64,000 bases of DNA from an uncultured virus (IMG/VR IMGVR_UViG_3300030372_001717). Taxonomy: Duplodnaviria; Heunggongvirae; Uroviricota; Caudoviricetes. Below, piece after piece: positions 18,308 through 27,142 of the stretch; the stretch's first letter is position 1, and each line of letters begins with the position of its first letter. The stretch is taken from the IMG/VR virus record IMGVR_UViG_3300030372_001717, one strand, 5' to 3'. A model generated the notes under the pieces. It saw only the letters and a list, made by a program, of their open reading frames with translations, was not told the DNA's origin and ran no database searches. The position numbers were made by a program, and so were the translations under genes.

Positions 18308-20410
18308 CTAAAAATCGACACCCCTTCTAAGTAATTTGTGTTCTGGTACATCTAAATCTTCCCAAGGTGGAATCCTATCGCGAAGTTCCTGCGAGTAATT
18401 TCTTCTTGTCTGCGTAAGCCGGGCCTCCGCCTCTCCTACGGTTCTCATATATATGTCTTTCGGTTTAAGTTTTTTGCCTGTGTCAGGATCTTTAAGAACC
18501 TTTTTAAAATACTTAGGCTTAAACTCGGCTGGATTCGAACCACCTTCCCAACCAGGGTTTTCTACTTCGTCAAGAAGACCTCTAACTCCGCCAAACTTTT
18601 GTCCTCTTTCCCTAGCCTGAATGGCATGTTGAATTTCATGGAGTTGAGTGGATCTGAAAAATTCATCCATGTTGTCGATATCTTCTGTATTTAACCTTTT
18701 TGCAGCTTCCCAAGTGTCCTCATAATCCCTAAATAGTTTGGCTGCTTCTGGGTTGTCCTTAAATAAAATAGAAGCATCACCTGTGCCACCAGCATCTCTT
18801 TCAGCCCTTATCTTTGCAAGATCATCAGGATCATAAAGTCCGAGTTTTTTGTCTTCTGGTCTAGCTATAGAAGGAACGTGCTTCTCCAGTAGATCATTTT
18901 TGAATTGTTGGGGATCTTCAAGTGCAGAGCCTCGGTCATTTTTTAAAGCATCTTTTTTAAATTGCTCGGCAGATATGTAATGGCCTTTACTTCCAGGTCC
19001 AAGAAATCCTCTATTTACTTCGCCCGAAGCTGCGAGTGGAAACGTTCCGCTCTTCCTGTTGCTAGGTCCGTGTACCTCAAACCCTTCTTTCCGAAGTTCT
19101 GATTTTATTTTTTCTAAACGATTTCCTATTTCCTTTCTAACAATACCAGAATAAAAAGACTTTCTATAATATTTAGAATTTAGTTTAGTATCTCCAATAC
19201 CTTGTCCCGGCATGTATTTAGCCGTTATCTCGTCTCCCTGAGGAGAAAAAGTTCCACCCGCGTCACCTCTTTCTTTTCCCATTGGTATGTCAGCCAGTGC
19301 TCTTTCTATAATAGGTTGACCTGTTTCTAAATCTTTAGATGCAATCTTTTCAGTAGAAGTTGCCGTAGAGGGTTTTCCTTGAACAAGCTCCCTTAAAATT
19401 TCTGCATCTTCATCCTGTAATTTTTTGTATTCTATTTCAAATTCTTCTGGGGTTAAGTTTTTCTTTTTAAGTTCTAATAATTTCTGTTGAACAACTTTCC
19501 TTTTATTAAAAATATCTCCAATTAATACCTCTGCATTTGGTACATCTTTTAAGTCAGGATAAGCTTCAAATACGGCACGGTCTTCAAAAAGATCCCTTAC
19601 CCTTGGTTCTACTTCTTTCCCGCCAACGATTCTTAAACGTCCCGTAGGCGTTATAAGATCTGGACGAGTTATGGCCCGTGCTTCTTGGTCCGATATTTCA
19701 TAACGCCAGTCGCTTATGGGTTTACCTTCTCTATCTTGGTAACGAAAATATCCTGTCTTTTGCCATATCGTCGTGCGGTCTACACCCTGCTGGGCCATTT
19801 CTTCGGCCATCTTTAACTTATCTTTGTCACCCGTCGCAGACTTGCGGCCTGCAAACATACCCGTAACCATGCCTGGACCCTTTACAGGAAACAAAGCACC
19901 ACCCGTCATGCCAACTTCTAAAGGCAAAAGAGGATTAAGAGCTACTTCTCTTTTTTGTTCCGGATCATAAAACCGACCCTCGCCCGTCTGTGCTAGGTTC
20001 ACCGCCGAACGATAGTAATCATCAAACACCTGACTAATGATTCCCGGTAAACTTCCTATGCCCTTCCCAACCTTGCCCATAACCTCGCTGCGAAAAGCGG
20101 GGTCTACAAGAAACTGGTCTACCTTTTTTGCAAAATTTACCCCGGCCTTTGCTCCTTGGACCACGGGCATGTATTCAAGGCCCGTTTCTTCTGGGCCGTA
20201 CACCGCAGGCGTTACAACTCTTTTATAGCGTTCTTGTGCTTGATCTGGGATTAGTTCGTATTCAACTTTTTCAGGACTTATAACTTCCCGTCGAGAGGGC
20301 GTGACCATGTCCACAAGAGGCCCACTCATAAGATTAAAGAAACCTAAGACACCCGGAGCGGTTTCTTCTGGGGTTCGTCCGTATTCAAATTGTTTTTTAG
20401 GTTCAGCCAT
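18308..20410 (-). CDS. LPD23-like polyvalent protein with zincin motif
   Basis: IWQKTGYFR...DWRYEISD, LHEIQHAIQ (HExxH), RTVGEAEAR. Confidence 0.65.
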   Translation of the reverse strand: MAEPKKQFEYGRTPEETAPGVLGFFNLMSGPLVDMVTPSRREVISPEKVEYELIPDQAQERYKRVVTPAVYGPEETGLEYMPVVQGAKAGVNFAKKVDQFLVDPAFRSEVMGKVGKGIGSLPGIISQVFDDYYRSAVNLAQTGEGRFYDPEQKREVALNPLLPLEVGMTGGALFPVKGPGMVTGMFAGRKSATGDKDKLKMAEEMAQQGVDRTTIWQKTGYFRYQDREGKPISDWRYEISDQEARAITRPDLITPTGRLRIVGGKEVEPRVRDLFEDRAVFEAYPDLKDVPNAEVLIGDIFNKRKVVQQKLLELKKKNLTPEEFEIEYKKLQDEDAEILRELVQGKPSTATSTEKIASKDLETGQPIIERALADIPMGKERGDAGGTFSPQGDEITAKYMPGQGIGDTKLNSKYYRKSFYSGIVRKEIGNRLEKIKSELRKEGFEVHGPSNRKSGTFPLAASGEVNRGFLGPGSKGHYISAEQFKKDALKNDRGSALEDPQQFKNDLLEKHVPSIARPEDKKLGLYDPDDLAKIRAERDAGGTGDASILFKDNPEAAKLFRDYEDTWEAAKRLNTEDIDNMDEFFRSTQLHEIQHAIQARERGQKFGGVRGLLDEVENPGWEGGSNPAEFKPKYFKKVLKDPDTGKKLKPKDIYMRTVGEAEARLTQTRRNYSQELRDRIPPWEDLDVPEHKLLRRGVDF

Positions 20411-21902
20411 AATAACTCCGGATATAGGTTGACGGCTCTGTGTCTACCCAATCGTCACTTGGTAACTGTACAAAGTTTCCCTGACGATATCTCATCAAAG
20501 CTTGCGTGGTGCTATCCACAAGGTCATCGTACTCACCGTGCGGAAAAGCCGCGCACTCATCCATGACCTCATCAGCCCAACGTTCGTCCGGAGCCCAGAT
20601 CATCCCACTCTCAAACAAGGGAGAAACTGAGTGGACCCGCGTCACCTTATCGTTTCCCTTACTTGGTGTAAAGTTTACAACAGGTATACCAAGTTGACGT
20701 AGCTCGTGTGTCAACGGCATACCAGAGGCCTTTGCTTCTACGATTACTGTTTCGGGGTCCCAGAACCGATACTGCTCCAACGCCTCTACTTTTAACTCTG
20801 GAAAATCCCAACGTCCCTTTTTTGCATCCAGAAGTATAAGGTTGGGGGGTCCCTCCGCTTTAGGGTAAAATACACCCCACGTTGTTATTGCAGAGTAGTC
20901 GGCTGTCTCTTTTTTACTGAACGCCGTGTCATAACTCTGTATAACGTATTCAAGCTGGGGAACCTCGTCGCCCTCCCAGATGTTCCACCACTCCTTCTTT
21001 ATGATGGCACCCTCTTCCGAAGTTGGGTTCTGCTGCCATTGAGCATTCCACTTGCCAACGGACAGTGAGGCGCGGACCCCTTCTAGTTCTTCCTGCTTCC
21101 AAAACTCAGGCCAACAAGATTTGCCGCTTGGCATTAAAGCAGGAAACTCTACTACCTCCCACTGGTCCGCATGTTCATCAAAACCCTGCGCCTTAATAAC
21201 CTTTGCTGTAAGATCCTTCAAAGACCACCGGGTCATAACAATGACGATGGCACCTCCTGGCTGGAGCCTCTGCCGGGGACCCGACGTATACCACTCATAC
21301 GCATGTTCCATAGCAGTGTCCGAAAGAGCATCTTGCTCCGAATGCGGATCATCAATGATCAACAAGTCAGCACCGCGACCTGTAATCGCGCCACCCACAC
21401 CCGCAGCAAAGTATTCCCCTCCATGGTTCGTGGACCATCGTCCCGCAGCCTTGCTGTCTGCCTGCAAACCTACATCGTCAAAGATTGCTTTGTACTCGCC
21501 AGTGTCCAAAAGGTTACGAACCTTACGACCAAAGTTGACGGCAAGTTCAGCAGTGTGCGTTGTCTGAATGATTTTGGTTTTCGGAGCACGGCCAATGATC
21601 CAAGAGGGAAAGAGATAACTTGCAAACTCCGACTTCGTATGTCGCGGCGGCATGTTGATGATGAGACGTTTGTTCTTGCCCGTTGCAATGTCCTCAAACT
21701 TCTTTGCAATCATCTTGTGATGTGCGCCTGCAATAAATTCAGGCCAAACTTTTCTAACGTACTTTAGAAAGTCCTCTTTACACCCGTCTACTTCTGACAT
21801 CTGGGCTAGGCGTAGTTCAAGCTTCAGTCTGCGTTCTTCAACCTCTGGTGTTTCTGTTCTTAGCATGGGGGTCCCTGCACCTTTTTGTTTCACGTGAAAC
21901 AC
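20403..21902 (-). CDS. terL: terminase large subunit (true start may be 21866)
   Basis: Walker A-like INMPPRHTKS, Walker B LLIIDD, nuclease motifs QSYDTAF and YDDLVDS. Confidence 0.92.
   Translation of the reverse strand: MFHVKQKGAGTPMLRTETPEVEERRLKLELRLAQMSEVDGCKEDFLKYVRKVWPEFIAGAHHKMIAKKFEDIATGKNKRLIINMPPRHTKSEFASYLFPSWIIGRAPKTKIIQTTHTAELAVNFGRKVRNLLDTGEYKAIFDDVGLQADSKAAGRWSTNHGGEYFAAGVGGAITGRGADLLIIDDPHSEQDALSDTAMEHAYEWYTSGPRQRLQPGGAIVIVMTRWSLKDLTAKVIKAQGFDEHADQWEVVEFPALMPSGKSCWPEFWKQEELEGVRASLSVGKWNAQWQQNPTSEEGAIIKKEWWNIWEGDEVPQLEYVIQSYDTAFSKKETADYSAITTWGVFYPKAEGPPNLILLDAKKGRWDFPELKVEALEQYRFWDPETVIVEAKASGMPLTHELRQLGIPVVNFTPSKGNDKVTRVHSVSPLFESGMIWAPDERWADEVMDECAAFPHGEYDDLVDSTTQALMRYRQGNFVQLPSDDWVDTEPSTYIRSYYG
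21886..21901. promoter_or_regulatory. parS consensus palindrome
   Basis: TGTTTCACGTGAAACA, exact match to the ParB/Spo0J-binding consensus. Confidence 0.75.
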
Positions 21903-22081
21903 TAATATAGGCCGCTTTAAAAGGCAATTCCTATACCCGTTAACTCATATTGTTTTCTCTGTGATTATTTATGCGAAACAAGGCCGAAGCCGCCGCCCCT
22001 CCCCCCCGTGGGCGCGATTTTTGGATTTTTGGCAGTTTTCCGCCGTTTTCTAGCATAGATTCGAGGCCGAGGATCCTTTAA

Positions 22082-22313
22082 CCATGGGGCAGGCGGCAGG
22101 GATCTTTCGGCGCGGCAGGCGGACCAGGAGCCAGGAGCCAGGGGGCAGGGATCTCCGGCAGGGATCTCCGGCAGGGATCTCCGGCAGGCGGGCGGGGATC
22201 TCCGGCAGGAGCCAGGGGGCAGGGGGCAGGCGGACCAGGGACCAGGGACCAGGGGGCAGGCGGACCAGGGGGCAGGGGGCAGGCATCCCGGACCATGGGC
22301 CAGGGGCCAGGAT
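22082..22313 (+). repeat. GC-rich, G-skewed tandem repeat region
   Basis: GGCAGGGATCTCC 13-mers in tandem and CCAGGAG/CCAGGGA/GCAGGGG 7-mers. Confidence 0.85.
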
Positions 22314-22385
22314 TAGCTCCATACGTTTGAGGCTTAGAGGGGGAGGGGTGCGGGGGCATATTTAACTGAGTCGCACCCGGCAGGC

Positions 22386-22414
22386 AAAAAAAACCCCCGG
22401 CATGTAGCCGGGGG
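22386..22414 (-). terminator. intrinsic terminator
   Basis: CCCCCGGC-TACAT-GCCGGGGG then T8. Confidence 0.8.
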
Positions 22415-22439
22415 CATCGTCAGTTTTAAGCCTGGGATT

Positions 22440-23252
22440 TTATGCGGCGATCAATGGCCGAGCCCGGCGGGACAAGTGAGAGAACACTAGAGTCGAACGG
22501 TGCTGTAGATCCGCGTGATTATTGTTCGCTCCGGTAGGCTTTAGCGCATGGGTAGCGCTATTAAACAGCCACCAGAGATTCCGGCCATTGGCGGTATGTT
22601 CTTCAACACTGCACTTGTCCCAATCGTCAATTGCCCTGCCTAGCTGGCTGGAACTGAAACCGCCAGACCGATAGATATCAACAAGGATATTTTCCCCGGC
22701 CTCGCGCTCTATCTTGTGCGCGTTGAAGGCATCAAAATCAACGGTAAGTCTATCCAGCGCGTTGTCCAGACCAGAGACGGCATCCGAAACCATATCGGGA
22801 ATCCGTCCGGCGATATTGGTTGTCTGTTTGCTTTTCCAATTGCCCAGGTCCCCGTGAAAGCAAAGGTTAGAACAAACCATCACTTGTGAGCCGATAGCCA
22901 GTCCCCGGCTAATGGACTGGTCATGCGCTCCCCGGAGCGCAACCAAAAGATTCCAAGCTTCCGGTTTATCAGCAACCGCCGGAACGTTATACCCTCCGGG
23001 AACCATTTCATAGGCTTTCGGTTTAGAAACGTGGAGCAATCCAAAGAGTCGTTGTTCGTCTTTCTGAATAGCATATTCCTCCTGCTTAATATCGAACCCG
23101 GCATTTTCAACCGCGTTTACCGTATCCTGCACAAAATTATAAAAGGGGTACGGGGCATGGCGTGAACCCATAGGCGGAGGGGTCTGCAAGTTCTGCAAAT
23201 AATCGCGCTCAACTTTAATGTCTTTTTCGCTGTTATATAAAAGTGTGCTCAT
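22440..23252 (-). CDS. DUF932-like early protein
   Basis: ALRGAHDQS...GSQVMVCSNLCF...LWWLFNSAT. Confidence 0.65.
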   Translation of the reverse strand: MSTLLYNSEKDIKVERDYLQNLQTPPPMGSRHAPYPFYNFVQDTVNAVENAGFDIKQEEYAIQKDEQRLFGLLHVSKPKAYEMVPGGYNVPAVADKPEAWNLLVALRGAHDQSISRGLAIGSQVMVCSNLCFHGDLGNWKSKQTTNIAGRIPDMVSDAVSGLDNALDRLTVDFDAFNAHKIEREAGENILVDIYRSGGFSSSQLGRAIDDWDKCSVEEHTANGRNLWWLFNSATHALKPTGANNNHADLQHRSTLVFSHLSRRARPLIAA

Positions 23253-23307
23253 TATTTTGACTCCGTTTTTGTAAATGCCAGGGACACCTTGCCCCCGGCT
23301 CTATGTC

Positions 23308-23336
23308 AATATAAGGGACTTTTCCTATATAGTCAA
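23308..23336 (-). promoter_or_regulatory. sigma70-type promoter overlapping an 18-bp palindrome
   Basis: TTGACT-N17-TATATT. Confidence 0.6.
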
Positions 23337-23337
23337 A

Positions 23338-24048
23338 TTAAACTTTTCCCAAGTCTCCAGCAATATGAGGCCGGAAAATAGAACGCGGATTAAGGGACCG
23401 GGCAAAGCGCCGAATCTTTTCCCCGTCCGTCTCGTCGGGCTGTTCACGTTTAGACAGGTCGCGCCAAAATTTACCGACAAAATGATTCCCCGCGTAGCAT
23501 CCGCCCCGCGTCTCATTGTCTCCTGCTTTTTTCTTGGTCGCGCCGTGCGCCGTGAAAACGATTCCATAATCGCGATTAAAACGAGCACATAATGGAGTCC
23601 CGCTCCCGCAATTGGCGCACCCTACTTTTGACGTTTCGTCGGGACAACGAATCATACGGACTCCGTCCGCACTGGTTACTTTATTACTGGCTCTATCCTT
23701 CCAGTAATTTTCCGGCACGACGGCGACTGACGCGACTCCCTTTTTTATATACGACGCGGCATGCTCCAAAGAGTCGGCGCTAAAATTGAAAACCGTTTTT
23801 CCGGTCCCGTTCTTCTCCGCCCATTGTTCGGGCAGGAAATGGGTGAACAAAAACGCGACTCCCTTTTTCGGTACGGCGCGACGGACGGCGGACTCATAGT
23901 CCCGGTCTATTTCCACAGTTCCGGTTTCGTATGGTTTCAACGGGCATCGATCCGGGCAAGTCTTATAGATCTCGTTTTTCCCGGCGCGGTATGTTTGAGC
24001 AATCCCGGCTGTTTTCCTGGCTCGGCTGTTAGCTGTACAATTAAGCAT
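23338..24048 (-). CDS. Cys-rich early protein (Gp88/DUF7227-like)
   Basis: TCPDRCP, CPxxxxxxxCxxC...CAR, FTAHG, CYA, RPHIAGD. Confidence 0.55.
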   Translation of the reverse strand: MLNCTANSRARKTAGIAQTYRAGKNEIYKTCPDRCPLKPYETGTVEIDRDYESAVRRAVPKKGVAFLFTHFLPEQWAEKNGTGKTVFNFSADSLEHAASYIKKGVASVAVVPENYWKDRASNKVTSADGVRMIRCPDETSKVGCANCGSGTPLCARFNRDYGIVFTAHGATKKKAGDNETRGGCYAGNHFVGKFWRDLSKREQPDETDGEKIRRFARSLNPRSIFRPHIAGDLGKV

Positions 24049-24235
24049 TTTTTAGGACCTCCCGAACAAAAACAGAATCCCGGTCTCCTGGATGATCATA
24101 ACAAAGCTGGGCATATGTTAGCGCATCGTTTAGCGTTTCATAACGTTCCGGCCTAGACTTTCCGAGTCGCACGATTTCCCATTCAGTGGGGCCTGCCGGA
24201 TTTTTTAATTTTTCAAAAGCAACACTTCTAAACAT
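24041..24235 (-). CDS. hypothetical early protein
   Basis: AGGAG RBS; downstream of a promoter. Confidence 0.55.
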   Translation of the reverse strand: MFRSVAFEKLKNPAGPTEWEIVRLGKSRPERYETLNDALTYAQLCYDHPGDRDSVFVREVLKNA

Positions 24236-24265
24236 TGTCTGACTCCTATTTTTAAAACAGACTCT

Positions 24266-24294
24266 GTTATATGGGATAAATCCTATAAGGTCAA
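24266..24294 (-). promoter_or_regulatory. sigma70-type promoter overlapping an 18-bp palindrome
   Basis: TTGACC-N17-TATAAC. Confidence 0.65.
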
Positions 24295-24296
24295 AT

Positions 24297-24323
24297 AAAA
24301 AAATGCCCGGACGAATCCGGGCA
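24297..24323 (-). terminator. intrinsic terminator
   Basis: TGCCCGGA-TTCG-TCCGGGCA then T7. Confidence 0.8.
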
Positions 24324-24361
24324 AGTTTTCGAGGGGAGTCAAATTTTTATAAGTGCGTTCA

Positions 24362-24622
24362 TTAATAAACAATGATTTCTTGCGCGGTCTTATCCTCTGT
24401 TAAGTATCCGTCTTTATCTTTCACTAGTGGAAACGCAACGGCTTTCAATTTAATTGGTTCTTCAAGCCAATCTATATCAAGGTTGATTGCATGGGAGTTA
24501 TCAGTGTTATTTATCCAGATATCACCTCCTAATATCTCTTGTGAGAATCCGTTATCTACAGCATGGGCAATCTCGTTCATTAGGTGCTCAATTACAGTAG
24601 CCATTAACTTTTCTTGTAGCAT
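24362..24622 (-). CDS. hypothetical early protein
   Basis: 86-aa ORF, AT-rich. Confidence 0.5.
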   Translation of the reverse strand: MLQEKLMATVIEHLMNEIAHAVDNGFSQEILGGDIWINNTDNSHAINLDIDWLEEPIKLKAVAFPLVKDKDGYLTEDKTAQEIIVY

Positions 24623-24637
24623 TATCTTTCCTTCTTT

Positions 24638-24859
24638 TTAACCTAAAGTAGTAGGTAAATCATCAGGGACTACACTAACATACCATGCATACTCCCCCTC
24701 ATCGCTCACATAGTCCTCTATAAATTGTAGATTAACTTTCAACTTATGCTTATCTAATTTCTTATTGATTAGAGCAACACCTTGTTCAAAACCATCACTT
24801 TTATGGCTATCATTAAACACTATTAAATTACTCATCCTCATTTTGAATCCTCCAACCAA
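24638..24859 (-). CDS. hypothetical early protein (start uncertain)
   Basis: ORF with GGAGG upstream of an internal ATG. Confidence 0.45.
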   Translation of the reverse strand: MVGGFKMRMSNLIVFNDSHKSDGFEQGVALINKKLDKHKLKVNLQFIEDYVSDEGEYAWYVSVVPDDLPTTLG

Positions 24860-24919
24860 TTGGCTAAACGTTCGATGGCGCGTTGTATAAAATCACTAAA
24901 CCAATCCATGACGCACCCC

Positions 24920-25138
24920 CTAAGCCCAAACATTGACAGATTTAACGGGAGACAATACCGAAACGTCTCGAATAGACGGGTTTATTTGTCCCTTGTTCGT
25001 ATCAATCATAACGATATTGCCAGACTGGCCTATAACGACTCCGCTTATATCGTTGCCAAAAATACCAGATAGATTCCTGATCTCCGGGTTATGAGATCCA
25101 GAAATAGTAACGGTCACTTTGTCATTTTCCTTAAACAT
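24920..25138 (-). CDS. hypothetical early protein
   Basis: AAGGAG RBS; 72 aa. Confidence 0.55.
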   Translation of the reverse strand: MFKENDKVTVTISGSHNPEIRNLSGIFGNDISGVVIGQSGNIVMIDTNKGQINPSIRDVSVLSPVKSVNVWA

Positions 25139-25181
25139 AAAAGACTCCTTTAAATTGATATGGAATATATCCCATAAAGCC

Positions 25182-25598
25182 CTATATAGGGCATGTCAAG
25201 TTAAAAAACGCCTTCCAGTTATATGGTTCTTTAAATACGCCCAAAGCCTGAACGGTTGCCATACCATCCATACGAAGGTCAACAGCATCGGAGCCATGAT
25301 AAACACTAATATCCAGGCTAGAGTCGCGAACAATAATAAAACAATTCCCGCTGGAATGCCTAGTAAGCCAAGCAACCTGATGGGGGGACAAACTAAGTTT
25401 ATCAGCGCGTCCCTTTGTGACTTTAAGTTCCATAAAGCTGAACGCACCGCTATCCGAACATAATAAAACATCGGGTACCCCGGGGACCGCCCAGGATTCA
25501 AGGCGCGTGGTTTCAATGTTTCGCCCGGTCTTTTTTAGTCCGTCGCTTATTATTCGCCAAAGCCCTGCCTCCCGATTCTTTAATGCCTCTTTCGGCAT
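25182..25598 (-). CDS. PD-(D/E)xK nuclease (VRR-NUC/resolvase-like)
   Basis: RLESWAVPGVPDVL...FMELKV...LSPHQVAW. Confidence 0.75.
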   Translation of the reverse strand: MPKEALKNREAGLWRIISDGLKKTGRNIETTRLESWAVPGVPDVLLCSDSGAFSFMELKVTKGRADKLSLSPHQVAWLTRHSSGNCFIIVRDSSLDISVYHGSDAVDLRMDGMATVQALGVFKEPYNWKAFFNLTCPI

Positions 25599-26124
25599 CC
25601 GGTTCTTCGACTTCTTCGGGCGTAATGTCGATGACTGGTTCAAAAGATTCTCTAATTCGTTCGAGTTCACGCTCTACGTCCTCCCGGCTCATTTGGTCGA
25701 TAGATCCCGTGCGGATCTCCGACTTACTGACGTAGATATCACCTTGGGCCTGCCCCCGTCTATACTCTGCTTGGACTGCCGCGCTATATGCACCGTTCTC
25801 TAACGCTATGTCGCGAATTTTTTGTAGATCCCTGACGTGCTTTTTATAATTGACGCCATACATCTCATCTAGTTCTTCGCGATACCGTTTAATTTCAGCT
25901 ACAACGTGGGGACAGTGCTTAGGGCTGGTCATTTCATATGCCCTGGTATGCGCTGACGCCGCTGGATACCCGGACCTAATAGCAGCTTCTCGAAGGGTTA
26001 TGAGCCCATCATTGCTCACAAGTTCTTTTACAAACTTTTCCTGGCGTCGTGTAAGCTTCCGTTTCGGACCCCGTATATCTTCGTTTTTAACGGGTGTTTT
26101 AAACTTTTCCATAAAACTCTCCAA
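25513..26124 (-). CDS. terS: terminase small subunit
   Basis: LTRRQEKFVKE...EAAIRSGY HTH-type N-terminus; AYSAAVQAEYRRG. Confidence 0.7.
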   Translation of the reverse strand: MESFMEKFKTPVKNEDIRGPKRKLTRRQEKFVKELVSNDGLITLREAAIRSGYPAASAHTRAYEMTSPKHCPHVVAEIKRYREELDEMYGVNYKKHVRDLQKIRDIALENGAYSAAVQAEYRRGQAQGDIYVSKSEIRTGSIDQMSREDVERELERIRESFEPVIDITPEEVEEPDAERGIKESGGRALANNKRRTKKDRAKH

Positions 26125-26151
26125 AATGCTGTTTTTCTTTTAAAATCAAAG

Positions 26152-26460
26152 CTGTCCCGCCACTGTCCCACCGTTTTACTTTAAGAAAACGGCGTAAAGC
26201 CCATGCGATAAGCCCCATATCAGTTAACCTGAGTTAAGATACACCATACAAAGGGTAAAACAAACTATTTTTAACGGGTATACCGTCCCACGGTTAAAAA
26301 ATGCCGGGACGGGAGCCGGGACGGAAAAATCGTAAAAACCCTATATAGAACATACAGTTATAAAACTGTCCCACCTGTCCCACCTGTACCGTCTATATTT
26401 TGGGACTTTTTATTTTTTTAATTTTACAGAATCCGTACTATAATGGGACAACGGGACACC
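26152..26460. repeat. cluster of (T/C)GTCCC motifs, candidate origin
   Basis: About 10 GTCCC/GGGAC copies in both orientations with A/T tracts, mostly non-coding. Confidence 0.6.
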
Positions 26461-26568
26461 TGCCCCACTGCATACCGGGCAGAAGAACTCCTCTTCGTCA
26501 CTCTCTGTAGCGTACTTGACCCGGACAACCCCTGTCCCGTTGCAATGTTTACATGGTTCTTGGTCCAT
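26410..26568 (-). CDS. 52-aa zinc-finger microprotein (not in ORF track)
   Basis: MDQEPCKHCNGTG...CPVCSGAG; AGGAGG RBS. Confidence 0.6.
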   Translation of the reverse strand: MDQEPCKHCNGTGVVRVKYATESDEEEFFCPVCSGAGVPLSHYSTDSVKLKK

Positions 26569-26623
26569 GATTAACCCTCCTATTTTTGTAAAGCTATTTG
26601 AAAGAACCGTGGGCCGTGGTTAA

Positions 26624-26971
26624 TTAAACGTTGAAGACTTCTCTTTGTGTCCCTTCGTAGGACCAGTCTTTATCTTTATCGTGAGGCTTAAAATACACCT
26701 TCTCAATTTTATACTCTATATCCATGCGTTGAGACGCTCTTAAAGCATGGTGAGCAGCTCTTACTTCCCCCATGTCAAAACCATGCATGGGGTGCTCGGG
26801 GTCTTCAATTTTATTTCCGTTTATTGTGTCGATAATAATCGATGGATACCATGCTTCGGTTTTCCATTCTTTCATGTGCTTGTAACGCAAATCGCGATAC
26901 ATAACGGCCCATGAGTTTTCTTTTTGAATTTCCATATCTGACTCCTTATCGAAGGCCCACGGCTCATTCAA
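26624..26971 (-). CDS. hypothetical protein (start may be the internal MEIQK)
   Basis: AAGGAG precedes the internal ATG. Confidence 0.5.
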   Translation of the reverse strand: MNEPWAFDKESDMEIQKENSWAVMYRDLRYKHMKEWKTEAWYPSIIIDTINGNKIEDPEHPMHGFDMGEVRAAHHALRASQRMDIEYKIEKVYFKPHDKDKDWSYEGTQREVFNV

Positions 26972-27056
26972 ATAGCTTTCTTATTCACAATGTACAAGAG
27001 CGTGACGAGGGTTTGGCCCCCCGTTCTTTTGATATAAGAATTATCCCATACAAAAG

Positions 27057-27126
27057 TTAACAAAAGGTTAACGTAATCAAGAGAGTTGTGGATAACTTTG
27101 TGGGTAAGTAAAAAAGTTGTGGATAA
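27057..27126. promoter_or_regulatory. CtrA box plus DnaA boxes
   Basis: TTAA-CAAAAGG-TTAAC at 27057-27072; TGTGGATAA at 27087 and 27118; TGTGGGTAA at 27099. Confidence 0.55.
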
Positions 27127-27142
27127 CTTTTTATAAAATTTT

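Noticed and set aside
22050..22365. Pro/Gly-rich ORFs in three frames
   Set aside because: Stop-free only because of GC-rich repeats; no convincing RBS
26224..26237. Second CtrA box TTAACCTGAGTTAA
   Set aside because: Spacing is 6 nt, not 7
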